A DNA stretch of 64,000 nucleotides from Candidatus Altiarchaeota archaeon (GTDB lineage: Archaea; Altiarchaeota; Altiarchaeia; IMC4; SCGC-AAA252-I15), in assembly GCA_043813075.1 (NCBI GenBank), contig JBDRLL010000036.1:56303-120302 (forward strand). The letters run 5' to 3'. This document shows positions 1 to 9,658 of the stretch, piece by piece. Positions within the stretch are counted from its first letter, which is position 1, and each line of letters begins with the position of its first letter. The position numbers were made by a program, and so were the translations under genes. The notes under the pieces are model-generated. The model worked only from the letters and a program-made list of their open reading frames with translations, was not told the DNA's origin and made no database searches.

Positions 1-369
1 CTCACAAAAGACGAAATCCAGTTCAAGAAGAGCGTGGACGCGAAATGGGCGTACCTCGTCTACCACGGGGAATGGTTCCACCCCCTCAAGGAAGACCTGG
101 ATGCGTTCATAGGGAAGAGCCAGGAGAACGTTAACGGAACGTACAGGGTGAAACTCTACAAAGGCAACATAGACATAGTGGAACGCCACTCCGACTCGGG
201 ACTGTTCAGCAAGGAGATGAGGTCCATAAAGACCAGGGGATTCGACCAGCGCTGGGCCATAGGGTCAACAAAAGTGGAGACCCTCCAGTGGATGATAATG
301 GCGAAAGCTGGTAGGACGACTAATGCCACCTCAAAAAAGAAGGTGGTTGTTGAGGTGAAAACGAAATAA
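1..369 (+). CDS. argG: Argininosuccinate synthase-like protein, C-terminal part (5' end outside window); divergent paralogue
   Basis: Frame open from base 1: LTKDEIQFKKSVDAKWAYLVYHGEWFHPLKEDLDAFI...VKLYKG aligns with the ArgG at 1966-3210 (LTIEQNLFKPRIESKWTEMAYFGLWFEPLMKDLEAFI...MKLYKG). Confidence 0.85.
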   Translation, partial: LTKDEIQFKKSVDAKWAYLVYHGEWFHPLKEDLDAFIGKSQENVNGTYRVKLYKGNIDIVERHSDSGLFSKEMRSIKTRGFDQRWAIGSTKVETLQWMIMAKAGRTTNATSKKKVVVEVKTK

Positions 370-457
370 CATTAGTGTGGGGATTACGCCCCCCACCCAC
401 CATTATTTTAGTGGGATGAACAAATAGGTTACACAAGGCCACGGGCCTAAAAAAAAG

Positions 458-1969
458 ATGGATAAATCAAAGAAGCTTTGGGGTGGACGGTTCCAGAAGA
501 ACCCGACGAAAAGCGTTGAAGACTTCCTCCAGTCCATAGAAGTGGACCGTGAGATGGTCTTGGAAGACATCTGGGGTAGCGAAGCCCACGCCATAATGCT
601 GGCCAAACAGGGCATCATCGACAACAAGGACTTGAAGAAGATACTATACTGGCTGGAGAAGGCCCGTAAAGACTACCTGTCAGGCAAGTTCGTGCTGACC
701 ACCGAGAACGAGGACGTCCACATGAACGTGGAACGATACCTTATCGACGGGGCAGGACCAGAGTACGGCGGCAAACTCCATACAGCCCGCAGCCGTAACG
801 ACCAGGTTCTCGTGGACTCGAAGATGCACATACGCAAGAAGATAATAGGCGTGAAAAAACAGGTCATCGGACTGCAGAAGGTGTTCCTGAAGATCGCTGG
901 GGAGAACCTGGAGACGCCGGTCCCAGGATACACGCACACTCAGGACGCGCAACCCATAACACTGGGCTTCTGGGCCACCGCCTACGTGAGCATGCTCATG
1001 CGAGACCTACGCCGGCTGGACAACGCGTACGAGATAGTTGACATGAACCCGCTGGGAGCGTGCGCGCTCGCAGGCACTTCATTCAACACAGACCGAATGC
1101 TAACCACAAAACTCCTCGGATTCAGCAAGGTGCACCACCACTCGCTAGACATAATAAGCAGCCGCGACTTCATCGCAGAGACACTGTGCGCGCTAACCCT
1201 CCTTATGAGCAGCCTGAGCAAGCTGGCGGAGGAGATGGTGTACTGGAGCACATACGAGTTCGGCATACTTGAACTCGACGACAGCTACACTGCAGGAAGC
1301 AGCATCATGCCGCAGAAGAAGAACCCTTGCATCGCAGAGCTCACGCGAGGCCGAACAGGACGGATTTACGGCTCGCTAATCCAGTTGCTGACGATGCTGA
1401 AGGGCATCCCGATGGGCTACAACCGGGACCTGCAGGAGGACAAGCCGCCACTATGGAATGCGTTCAAGGTGATAGAGGACACGCTGGACGTGACGACGGG
1501 CATGATAGACACCATGAAGGTGAACAAGGAGCGGCTTGCGGAGCTGGCTGGAGCCAACTTCACGACAGCAACAGAGCTCGCGAACCACCTGGTGCGGGAG
1601 CATGGGATAAGCTTCCGGGAATGCCACCACATAGTCGGAGACTTGGTGGGCACCCTGCACCGCAAGGGGAAGAATTTCATGGACTTCGACGAGGTTGATG
1701 AAGTGCTGGGCAAACACGGGATAAAGATAGGCTACGACGAGATGCGGAACATCTTCGACCCGAAGAAGAACATATACACGTACAAGAGCCTTGGAAGCAC
1801 GTCCCCGAAGGAGGTCTCGAAGATGATGAAGATGTTCGAGAAGGATGTCATTGAAAAGGAGAAGATAACGCTAAAACAGGAGAACAGCATTAAAGACGCG
1901 GAGAAACTAACGCAAAAAACGGTAAATGCCGTGCTTGAAGGCGGAGACATATTAAAGATAAAGATATGA
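458..1969 (+). CDS. argH: Argininosuccinate lyase
   Basis: KLWGGRF, EDVHMNVE, LHTARSRNDQV, GSSIMPQKKNP, YNRDLQEDK motifs. Confidence 0.97.
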   Translation: MDKSKKLWGGRFQKNPTKSVEDFLQSIEVDREMVLEDIWGSEAHAIMLAKQGIIDNKDLKKILYWLEKARKDYLSGKFVLTTENEDVHMNVERYLIDGAGPEYGGKLHTARSRNDQVLVDSKMHIRKKIIGVKKQVIGLQKVFLKIAGENLETPVPGYTHTQDAQPITLGFWATAYVSMLMRDLRRLDNAYEIVDMNPLGACALAGTSFNTDRMLTTKLLGFSKVHHHSLDIISSRDFIAETLCALTLLMSSLSKLAEEMVYWSTYEFGILELDDSYTAGSSIMPQKKNPCIAELTRGRTGRIYGSLIQLLTMLKGIPMGYNRDLQEDKPPLWNAFKVIEDTLDVTTGMIDTMKVNKERLAELAGANFTTATELANHLVREHGISFRECHHIVGDLVGTLHRKGKNFMDFDEVDEVLGKHGIKIGYDEMRNIFDPKKNIYTYKSLGSTSPKEVSKMMKMFEKDVIEKEKITLKQENSIKDAEKLTQKTVNAVLEGGDILKIKI

Positions 1970-3210
1970 GAGAAGGAGAAATGAAAATAGTACTAGCATA
2001 TTCAGGGGGATTGGACACGAGCGTATGCATAAAATGGTTGCAGGAGAGATACGATGCAGAAGTCATAACACTGACTCTGGAGTTGGGGCAGGAGATAGAG
2101 GACCTCGACGCCATAGAGAAGAAGGCCAAGGACTTCGGCGCGATAAAGACGTACAGCATAGACGCGAGAAGGGAGTTCGTGCACGAGTACATAAACCCTG
2201 CAATAAAGGCCAACGCGCTATACGAGGGGAAATACCCCGTGAGCACTGCGATAGGAAGGCCGCTTATCGCGAAGAAGATGGTTGAGATAGCTGAGAAGGA
2301 GCGTGCCGACGCCGTAGCCCACGGGTCAACTGGCAAGGGGAACGACCAGGTGCGTTTCGACGTCGCAGTCCAATCACTGAACCCGGAATTGAGGGTTATA
2401 GCGCCGGTCAGGGAATGGCCTATGACGCGTGAGGAGGAGATAAACTACGCTAAAAAACACGGGATACCGGTGCCGGTGACAGTGAAAGACCCCTACAGTT
2501 ACGACATAAACCTGTGGGGCAAGAGCGCTGAGGCAGGACCCCTTGAAGACCCCATGTTCGAGCCCACTGACGCGTCGTTCTGGTGGACTGTTAAGCCTGA
2601 GAAGGCCCCCAACAAGCCGGAATACGTCGAACTAGAGTTCGAGGACGGCATACCCATAGGCCTAAACGGGAGGATAATGGATGAGGTCGAGCTGATAAAA
2701 TCATTGAACGAGACCGCTGGAAAACACGGTGTGGGAAGGATAGACATGATGGAAGACCGGCTTGTCGGCATAAAGAGCCGTGAAACCTACGAGTGCCCGG
2801 CCGCAATCACCATACTGGAGGCCCACAAGGAGCTTGAACGCCTGACGCTCACCATAGAGCAGAACCTGTTCAAACCCAGGATAGAATCCAAGTGGACTGA
2901 GATGGCCTACTTCGGGCTATGGTTCGAGCCTTTGATGAAGGACTTGGAGGCTTTCATAAACGAGACCCAGAAGAACGTCTCAGGGAAGGTCAAGATGAAG
3001 CTCTACAAGGGTTCTGCGACAGTAGTCGGCCGTGAGAGCGCGCACTCCCTATACCATCAAGGCCTTGCGACATACGATAAGGGAGACGCCTACGACCACA
3101 CCGCCGCGGAAGGGTTCATAAAGATATGGGGTCTACCGTCCGTTGTCGCGAACAAGCGGAACAAGAGCGTTGCCGGAAAAAAGAAGAGGAGGAGGGTGAA
3201 GGAGGAATAG
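1966..3210 (+). CDS. argG: Argininosuccinate synthase (start may be ATG 1981)
   Basis: LAYSGGLDTS, HGSTGKGNDQVRF, EDRLVGIKSRETYE motifs. Confidence 0.97.
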   Translation: MREGEMKIVLAYSGGLDTSVCIKWLQERYDAEVITLTLELGQEIEDLDAIEKKAKDFGAIKTYSIDARREFVHEYINPAIKANALYEGKYPVSTAIGRPLIAKKMVEIAEKERADAVAHGSTGKGNDQVRFDVAVQSLNPELRVIAPVREWPMTREEEINYAKKHGIPVPVTVKDPYSYDINLWGKSAEAGPLEDPMFEPTDASFWWTVKPEKAPNKPEYVELEFEDGIPIGLNGRIMDEVELIKSLNETAGKHGVGRIDMMEDRLVGIKSRETYECPAAITILEAHKELERLTLTIEQNLFKPRIESKWTEMAYFGLWFEPLMKDLEAFINETQKNVSGKVKMKLYKGSATVVGRESAHSLYHQGLATYDKGDAYDHTAAEGFIKIWGLPSVVANKRNKSVAGKKKRRRVKEE

Positions 3211-3214
3211 AGTT

Positions 3215-4690
3215 ATGGTTCATGAGGATGCCTGTAGAACAAAAAAACGAATGATACTATACGGTATCCTCACTTTCTCAGCTATTCTGATGCCTATTAT
3301 AACGCATCAACTGGAATCTGAGTTTGAATTAAACTTTATTGGAAACAACATCTCAAGGAACTACATTGCGTGCTCCCTTTTTTCCATAGGGATAATAGTA
3401 TTTGGTTACTTAGAGCTAAGAGGAAGATGGAAGAAACCGTTAGAGGAGAATATACCGATCATACTCGCAGTATTGGTGTTGATTAATTACTGCATCCTAT
3501 GGACTTCAGCCACCGCGAAAGGCCATGACTACGACTGCTTTGAGATAGCAGCTAAAAGCTTTTTAGCGGGGAAAAACCCCTATGCGGGATGCTATCTGTA
3601 CCCTCCCCTATTCGTAGAGAGCATGGCGGCCGCATACAAGTCGATTGATTACCTCGCCTCGACTACCGGCATGAACATTACTGGAGAAGGCATCTGGGAG
3701 CTTATGTTTTATTTGTTTCAATGCCTTCAGTTTGTATCCTACATCACAGCATACTACCTGTGTTATATATTCGCCCGTAAGGCCTCACTGAAGGGGATGC
3801 ATGCATCCATAATCGTCACCATATTATTCCTGTTTAACTATCCGGTGAACAACAACATGTTTGGCAGGCAAATCAACCTGATGATACTGGACGCCATCCT
3901 CATAGCCATCCTGCTTGCCGAAAAGCACCCATTCCTAAGCGGACTATCACTGGCTATCGGGGGGAACATCAAGTATTACCCATTCCTACTCCTATACCCG
4001 TGGGGCATGGCAAAGAGGATGCGGATACTTGCGTACAGTGGCGTATTGATTACCGTAATTTTCCTGATAACAAGCAGCTTTGGCAGTGACCTGAACACCT
4101 GGTACCGGTGGAGGGATTACGTGGGCATCTACAGTAAAAACATCGCATACAATGATGTCGGGCTTTACGCAATCACTTACAACATATCCAGGGCCATCAC
4201 GATTGTTTCTGGAATGAACAGGAACTTTTCCCACATACTGCATGAAGCATCATACGGGCTGTTGGTTGCCTTGACCATAACCTGGTTTTCAACACGTTTT
4301 ATTGCCCGGAAAAAAGCATCCGAGAATCTCCCAAAACCATTAGGAGACAGGTTCAGATTGTTCGGGGATTCCATAGACGCAGTATGCATTGGCCTCTTGA
4401 TATTCCCGGAAGTCTTAAGCCATCACTATGTTTTTACGATACCCGCGGTAATATGGGCTATTGCTGTCAGAGGGGATAGGAGGGGGAGTACTGTATTGAG
4501 CGCCATCCTAATGTTTTGGATGATAGACACCAATATTTTACTGGTAGACTACAGTAGAATAGTCGGGCTTCTTATCGTATTGCATTTAACATCGCCAAAA
4601 GCGGTTCCAAAACAGATTGACGCCCCCTATTTCACACAAAACATGGGCCCAACACCCACTGATAGCGACACCTCTCGCGATAGTGACTAA
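3215..4690 (+). CDS. Polytopic GT-C glycosyltransferase, GT87/DUF2029-like
   Basis: Many TM segments; D..Y/F...NPY, YLYPPLF, GxQIN, IKYYP and HHY motifs; visibly more AT-rich than neighbours. Confidence 0.7.
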   Translation: MVHEDACRTKKRMILYGILTFSAILMPIITHQLESEFELNFIGNNISRNYIACSLFSIGIIVFGYLELRGRWKKPLEENIPIILAVLVLINYCILWTSATAKGHDYDCFEIAAKSFLAGKNPYAGCYLYPPLFVESMAAAYKSIDYLASTTGMNITGEGIWELMFYLFQCLQFVSYITAYYLCYIFARKASLKGMHASIIVTILFLFNYPVNNNMFGRQINLMILDAILIAILLAEKHPFLSGLSLAIGGNIKYYPFLLLYPWGMAKRMRILAYSGVLITVIFLITSSFGSDLNTWYRWRDYVGIYSKNIAYNDVGLYAITYNISRAITIVSGMNRNFSHILHEASYGLLVALTITWFSTRFIARKKASENLPKPLGDRFRLFGDSIDAVCIGLLIFPEVLSHHYVFTIPAVIWAIAVRGDRRGSTVLSAILMFWMIDTNILLVDYSRIVGLLIVLHLTSPKAVPKQIDAPYFTQNMGPTPTDSDTSRDSD

Positions 4691-4697
4691 AAAATAA

Positions 4698-6101
4698 TCA
4701 GACCACGTAGCCCATATCCCTTAGAATCTGGAGTGTCTTCTCGTCAGCCATTATCGGCTCCCTGGAAGTGTTCTCGACAGGGTATAGTTCAAGCATCTTA
4801 TCCCTTAGCCGGGAGGATACCTCAAGATACCTTGAGGCAGCATTAGACTGCTCGAGAGGATCCCTAGCATGGTCGTACAACTCCTCCACGTCAAAAGAGA
4901 CGTGATGGGCTAGGGGAATGCATTTAGGCCTCAAGCCCTCAGGATTGTATATGTACCGCCATCTGCCGGCCCTAATGGACTTGATGTCAGTCAGCTCGCT
5001 CAATGCTATGCCGAAGTCACGGCCGGAATAGCCGGGCTCGAAAAGGGGTGCCATAGACTTGCCTTCAAAATGGGGGAGAGGACGTAATCCTAGAAGCTCT
5101 AATGCTGTGGGAACCACGTCAATGTTCTCCACCACCTCCCCAACCCTGAGACCACCATACCTGCCGTCCGGAAGACGGATTATGAGGGGTATGTGCAGTA
5201 CTGAGTCGTGTATGGAACACTGGTGGAAGAAGTAGTAGTCGTGCTGGTACAACTCCTCCCCATGATCCGCGAATATGAATACAATAGACTTGTTCAACAG
5301 GCCGAGAGATTCCAGCTCCCCGAAAATCTCGCGGACAGAAGAGTCAGCCCATAGCACGTCCCCATCGTATTTAGAGATGTGATAGTCCAATTGCGCGGCC
5401 GTTAGATTAATCATCTGGGTTGTAATCTGGGTGGGGCGTAGCTTGTCCCCGGGAGAGTAGTTGCCGAAAACATCGTACTTTTTTGGCGGCTTGTAAGGCC
5501 GGTGGGGTGCGAACAGGTGGGTGAAGAGGAAGAATTTCCCGTCCTTGTTCTTCCTCAAGAACTTGATGGTCTTGTCAACGTTACGATCGTCCGCGTATCT
5601 CGTGCATGCTTTGTCGCCGAAACCGTACTCTAGGATATGGCACCCGGTAGACATGACCGCGATTGTCGCATAACCCTCACCCCGGAGCACGTCCGCTATC
5701 GATGGTATGCCCTCCCCAAGCACCTGCCCGTTCTCCCTAACGTTGGTCGAGACTGGGTACAGTGAGGTCAGCATTGACGTGAGGGAAGGCTCGGTCAGAC
5801 CCCGCGAGGTGAACATGTTCTCAAACAGAATACCCCCGCCAGCGACCGAATCCACGAATGGCGTGGTGTCACGATCATACCCGTAACAACCCATGTGATC
5901 AGGGCGCAACGTCTCTATCGAAATGAATATCAGGTTATATCCAGGATAAGAAGAACTTGCAATGTCAGGAGCACCCCCCAGGGTAGTGGCCGGGCCTTCG
6001 ATAGGGGCAGGGGAACGCAGCACGCCATACGTGACTGCGGAAACGATTATTATAAACAGTGTTAAAGCGGTTATGCCTAGAAAATCAGGTTTTGAATGCA
6101 T
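4698..6101 (-). CDS. Membrane-anchored sulfatase-like (alkaline phosphatase superfamily) enzyme
   Basis: N-terminal TM helix; SIETLRPDH, TEPSLTSMLT, PHRPY, ADHGEE, LHIPLII; C-terminal LRDMGYV. Confidence 0.85.
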   Translation of the reverse strand: MHSKPDFLGITALTLFIIIVSAVTYGVLRSPAPIEGPATTLGGAPDIASSSYPGYNLIFISIETLRPDHMGCYGYDRDTTPFVDSVAGGGILFENMFTSRGLTEPSLTSMLTSLYPVSTNVRENGQVLGEGIPSIADVLRGEGYATIAVMSTGCHILEYGFGDKACTRYADDRNVDKTIKFLRKNKDGKFFLFTHLFAPHRPYKPPKKYDVFGNYSPGDKLRPTQITTQMINLTAAQLDYHISKYDGDVLWADSSVREIFGELESLGLLNKSIVFIFADHGEELYQHDYYFFHQCSIHDSVLHIPLIIRLPDGRYGGLRVGEVVENIDVVPTALELLGLRPLPHFEGKSMAPLFEPGYSGRDFGIALSELTDIKSIRAGRWRYIYNPEGLRPKCIPLAHHVSFDVEELYDHARDPLEQSNAASRYLEVSSRLRDKMLELYPVENTSREPIMADEKTLQILRDMGYVV

Positions 6102-6110
6102 TTTAGAGGA

Positions 6111-6302
6111 TCATAGGCCCCTTTTATCTTTCTTAATCCTGCGGCTGCTGTCACAGCCGAACTCCAGGTGGTGGGATTCAACATCCCTTAACTCTGACTT
6201 TGAGACTTCAGCTTCATGCCTTGTCTTGACTTCCCTCGCCCTTAGCCTGGCGAGCTCGTTCCCAGCGCCGCCACAAAGCCTATAGTTACTCCCGCGCGCC
6301 AT
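6111..6302 (-). CDS. Small hypothetical protein (63 aa, MARGSNYRLC...)
   Basis: ATG at 6302 lies 1 nt after the upstream stop (6304) and the ORF fills the gap to the sulfatase start; no motif recognised. Confidence 0.4.
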   Translation of the reverse strand: MARGSNYRLCGGAGNELARLRAREVKTRHEAEVSKSELRDVESHHLEFGCDSSRRIKKDKRGL

Positions 6303-6303
6303 G

Positions 6304-6870
6304 CTATTCCTCGCTACTCTCAGTGTAGGGCACGCAGCCGACTTCCTTCTGGCATCTCTCATTATCCATGCAGGTCCGGATTATCTTCTTCGTCTGCGTT
6401 ACCTTGCACGAACCATCATCGCAGAATGGTTCAGAGTATATCTTGTAGGTCTTGTCGTAGTCGCACCTTATCTCACTGTACTCTGGATCACCGCAGTCAG
6501 CGTTCGAAGTGCACGGCGGCAGTACAGGCACGTGAATAGTGGTGGTAGTTACCTTAGCGCCGGGAGAACAGACTTGAGGGCACTTGCTGATGCAGTCAGT
6601 GCACTCGAACCCGACCTTCACAACCTGTTTTTCGCTGGTATCCTTTGTGACATCCTTCGTCTCCTCGCACTCGGGGATGTTGGGCTCAGGGCACTCGCTC
6701 AAGTCAGGCCTCTTAGAGCCGTCATAACACTGGTATTCGATACTCGTTGTCTCAATGACCTTGCTGCACGTCCTCGGCATGTACCAGTAGGTGAATCCGC
6801 CGCCGAAGACCAGCCCTAGGAACAATGTGAGCACTGAAAGCGCGCTAAGTAGTATTATCTCTTCCTTCAA
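6304..6870 (-). CDS. Membrane-anchored Cys-rich extracellular protein
   Basis: N-terminal hydrophobic helix, many Cys in small modules, TTTT linker. Confidence 0.75.
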   Translation of the reverse strand: MKEEIILLSALSVLTLFLGLVFGGGFTYWYMPRTCSKVIETTSIEYQCYDGSKRPDLSECPEPNIPECEETKDVTKDTSEKQVVKVGFECTDCISKCPQVCSPGAKVTTTTIHVPVLPPCTSNADCGDPEYSEIRCDYDKTYKIYSEPFCDDGSCKVTQTKKIIRTCMDNERCQKEVGCVPYTESSEE

Positions 6871-6910
6871 GAGGAATCACCTTGTAGATATATGGATTCA
6901 CAATTAAAAA

Positions 6911-7429
6911 CTATTGTTTCAATAGCCGTATTATCTCGCAGGCGAACTCCCTGGCGGATTCAGGACCCCTTGCAGTCACTATCCTGCCGTCTGAGACCAC
7001 CGGCCCCTGCACGTAGACTGCATTACCTTCCTTTAGCGCCCGTATAGCGTCTGGGGAGGGGAATACCGTCGCCTTCACGCCAGCCAGTATGCCCGCCTTC
7101 GCCAGAGCCCCTGTTGAAAGGCATATTGCTGCGACAACACTGCTCTTCCCCACCGCGTCTGAGAGTATTTTATGCAGTCGCCCGTCACCCCAAAGCCATT
7201 TAGGAGAGCCGCTGCCACCAACCACTATCACAGCGTCATATCCTGAAGCATGCGCTTCGCCAAGACTCATGTCCGACTCCACGGTCATGCCGAGCATGCC
7301 ACGACATAGCCCGCCCGAAGGCGAGGCAACAGAAACGCCAATGCCAGAAGACTCGAGTTCCCTCCGGGGTATATCGTATTCCTCATCCCTAAAATTGTCC
7401 TGTGCAATAATCATCAAGACATTCATCAT
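6911..7429 (-). CDS. DJ-1/PfpI family protein
   Basis: FRDEEY, YDAVIVVGGSG, AAICLS nucleophile elbow, VTARGP. Confidence 0.92.
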   Translation of the reverse strand: MMNVLMIIAQDNFRDEEYDIPRRELESSGIGVSVASPSGGLCRGMLGMTVESDMSLGEAHASGYDAVIVVGGSGSPKWLWGDGRLHKILSDAVGKSSVVAAICLSTGALAKAGILAGVKATVFPSPDAIRALKEGNAVYVQGPVVSDGRIVTARGPESAREFACEIIRLLKQ

Positions 7430-7469
7430 GAAACACCATTATTTATATTGGATTTTAATCATTTAACGG

Positions 7470-8165
7470 GTGTTGCCTGTGAAGTACGCTATCCTTGCCT
7501 TAACGCTACTTGCAGTGGTAGCAGCATATAGCGTGCTGGAGAGTGACGTGACCGAGATTGATGTTAATAGCGGTGCGGTAAGCCTGCCGGAACCTGTCTT
7601 GAAGGGTGGTTTAAGCGTTGAGGAAGCCTTGAGTTCCCGCCGTTCAGTCAGGTCATACAGCAGCGGCAGCGCGACAAAAGGGGAGTTAGGGCAGATGCTG
7701 TGGGCAGCCCAGGGCGTGACTAGCGAGTGGGGTGGGAGGACCGCGCCTTCCGCTGGATCCACATACCCGTTAGAGACGTACGTTGTCGTGGGAGACGTGG
7801 AGGGGCTTGAGCCTGGAGTCTACGAGTACGACCCGAAAACCCATTCCATAATCCAGAAAAACGGGGGAGACTTAAGGGAGGCTCTTGCGCGTGAAGCATT
7901 AGGCCAGGGCATGATAAGCAAGGCCCAGTTCACCATCATACTCTCCATCGCCTACGAGAGGGCTACCGGACGCTATGGAGAGAGGGGTGTTATGTACGCC
8001 CACATGGAGGCAGGGCACGCTGGCCAGAACATATACCTGCAGGCGGAGTCGCTTGGCCTTGGGACCGTAGCGGTGGGAGCCTTCAACCCTGAGGGAGTGG
8101 CGGAATTGCTGGACATCCCGGAGGGAGAGACTGTGGCGTACCTGTTCCCTGTCGGGAGGAGGTAG
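7470..8165 (+). CDS. SagB/ThcOx-family nitroreductase-fold protein with N-terminal signal or anchor
   Basis: RRSVRSY, RTAPSAGSTYPLE, EAGHAGQN, GTVAVGAF. Confidence 0.9.
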   Translation: MLPVKYAILALTLLAVVAAYSVLESDVTEIDVNSGAVSLPEPVLKGGLSVEEALSSRRSVRSYSSGSATKGELGQMLWAAQGVTSEWGGRTAPSAGSTYPLETYVVVGDVEGLEPGVYEYDPKTHSIIQKNGGDLREALAREALGQGMISKAQFTIILSIAYERATGRYGERGVMYAHMEAGHAGQNIYLQAESLGLGTVAVGAFNPEGVAELLDIPEGETVAYLFPVGRR

Positions 8166-8203
8166 ACTGTTTTTTAGTGTAATAATTCCCTTATAGTTGA
8201 TAC

Positions 8204-9658
8204 ATGGCACAGCAAGAGATAACGCCCCGGATTGCTCAGGCACGGTTGAAAGAGGTTGTCGAGTCTCTGCCAGCCGGATACGAGGAGAGGATTAGGGCTC
8301 ACTCCGCGAGGGCTAGGCAGATATTCAGGAACCCTGATGCTGTAATGCTGGATGTCTCAAGATACTATAAGATGCTTGCCGACGACAAGGCAAGCGACTA
8401 CTGGAAGGGTGAGGCGGAGAACTCCATAAACGCCGGGTTTGACGTGGTAGGCAGGAAGGGCGTATCCGACCCTGATGCCGCGTGGCGTGAGCTGACGCAA
8501 GTCTACCCTCCAGTCGAGGTGGGCGACAGGGTAACCAGCACCAGGCTAGGTAGGGAAGCGCAGAACTTCACGCCCATATACAATGAGTCAGACAACCCCG
8601 ACGACATGATAAGGAGGATTATCGCATTCGGCAGGATGAGGCTGCCGTCCTCCACAACACTGCTTTCAAACTATTACGCGATAGACTCGCACTACTCCAG
8701 CGATAAGACTCCAGCGGAAAGGCTTGAAGTCTTCATGAGGGCTACAGAACCCAGGGTGGTGGAGAGGGTGAGGGAGCTTGAGCCATACAAGGATATGGGC
8801 GTGAGATTCCTTGGCGCAGTGGACAAGAGGCCTGAGGCAGTGGACAGGTATTTCAAAGCAAGGGAGTCAGGATACAATCCTGCAGCAGAGGCTGAGAGGC
8901 TGCTGTCTTCAAGGAAAGACGTGTCGACGGTAACAGACCCTGAGACAGGGCTTATAATGGTGGGAGAGATGAGTGAAGGCCATGAGACCATAGCCAGGAG
9001 TTTCGGCCTGGACCCCAAGTCCCCGGAATACAGGATGCACGTTAAGGGCATGATGCCCAAGAAACCGAGGAGGGGGGAGTACGTGCCGACAGCGTCATTC
9101 AACTTCGGATACTACGACATACAGGGGGATACTGAACACCATCGGAGCATGTCAGCCACAGAGGCCATAGAAGGCTGCGTGAAGCATATGGCACAGCAGG
9201 GATTCAGCCCGGACACTGTAATCAAGGTGTCTGACGTCCATTTCTTCAGCAACAGCGGATACAGGCTCGGAAGCCTCACCGGCCCTGAATCATACTTCAG
9301 GGTGGAGCCGGACCACAGGAACAAGGATGACTGGACCTGCGTGACAGGTAATGGCGTTGACGTGTGGAGGTACAACATGCCTGCAGGAGACACCAGGGTC
9401 GTGGGCCACACCGTCATGGTCAAGAAGGGGGGGATATATACGGGCGACGTCCCGCTGACCACCCTCGGTGGCGACGTGGAAGTCAGCCTATACTGTGGCG
9501 CATTCATAGGCGATGACGGTACCGTAAGATTATCCGGACACATCCCTAAACACGGCAGCCACGAGCCGGACCCTGCCGGAGTGGCTGAAGTGCTGCGCAG
9601 GTTCGACCCAAGCCTGAGGATAGACGTCGAGAAGGTTACCGGCAAGAAGATAAGCTGA
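8204..9658 (+). CDS. Hypothetical protein, tandem paralogue 1
   Basis: 484-aa ORF colinear over its full length with the next ORF; no family recognised. Confidence 0.85.
   Translation: MAQQEITPRIAQARLKEVVESLPAGYEERIRAHSARARQIFRNPDAVMLDVSRYYKMLADDKASDYWKGEAENSINAGFDVVGRKGVSDPDAAWRELTQVYPPVEVGDRVTSTRLGREAQNFTPIYNESDNPDDMIRRIIAFGRMRLPSSTTLLSNYYAIDSHYSSDKTPAERLEVFMRATEPRVVERVRELEPYKDMGVRFLGAVDKRPEAVDRYFKARESGYNPAAEAERLLSSRKDVSTVTDPETGLIMVGEMSEGHETIARSFGLDPKSPEYRMHVKGMMPKKPRRGEYVPTASFNFGYYDIQGDTEHHRSMSATEAIEGCVKHMAQQGFSPDTVIKVSDVHFFSNSGYRLGSLTGPESYFRVEPDHRNKDDWTCVTGNGVDVWRYNMPAGDTRVVGHTVMVKKGGIYTGDVPLTTLGGDVEVSLYCGAFIGDDGTVRLSGHIPKHGSHEPDPAGVAEVLRRFDPSLRIDVEKVTGKKIS

Noticed and set aside
377-415. 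GC hairpins between the first argG and argH
   Set aside because: Only 5-6 bp stems without a U-tract; too weak to call a terminator or regulatory RNA
7470-8165. RiPP (azole) biosynthesis cluster around the SagB-like gene
   Set aside because: No YcaO, precursor or transporter adjacent; stand-alone SagB-like nitroreductases are common in archaea
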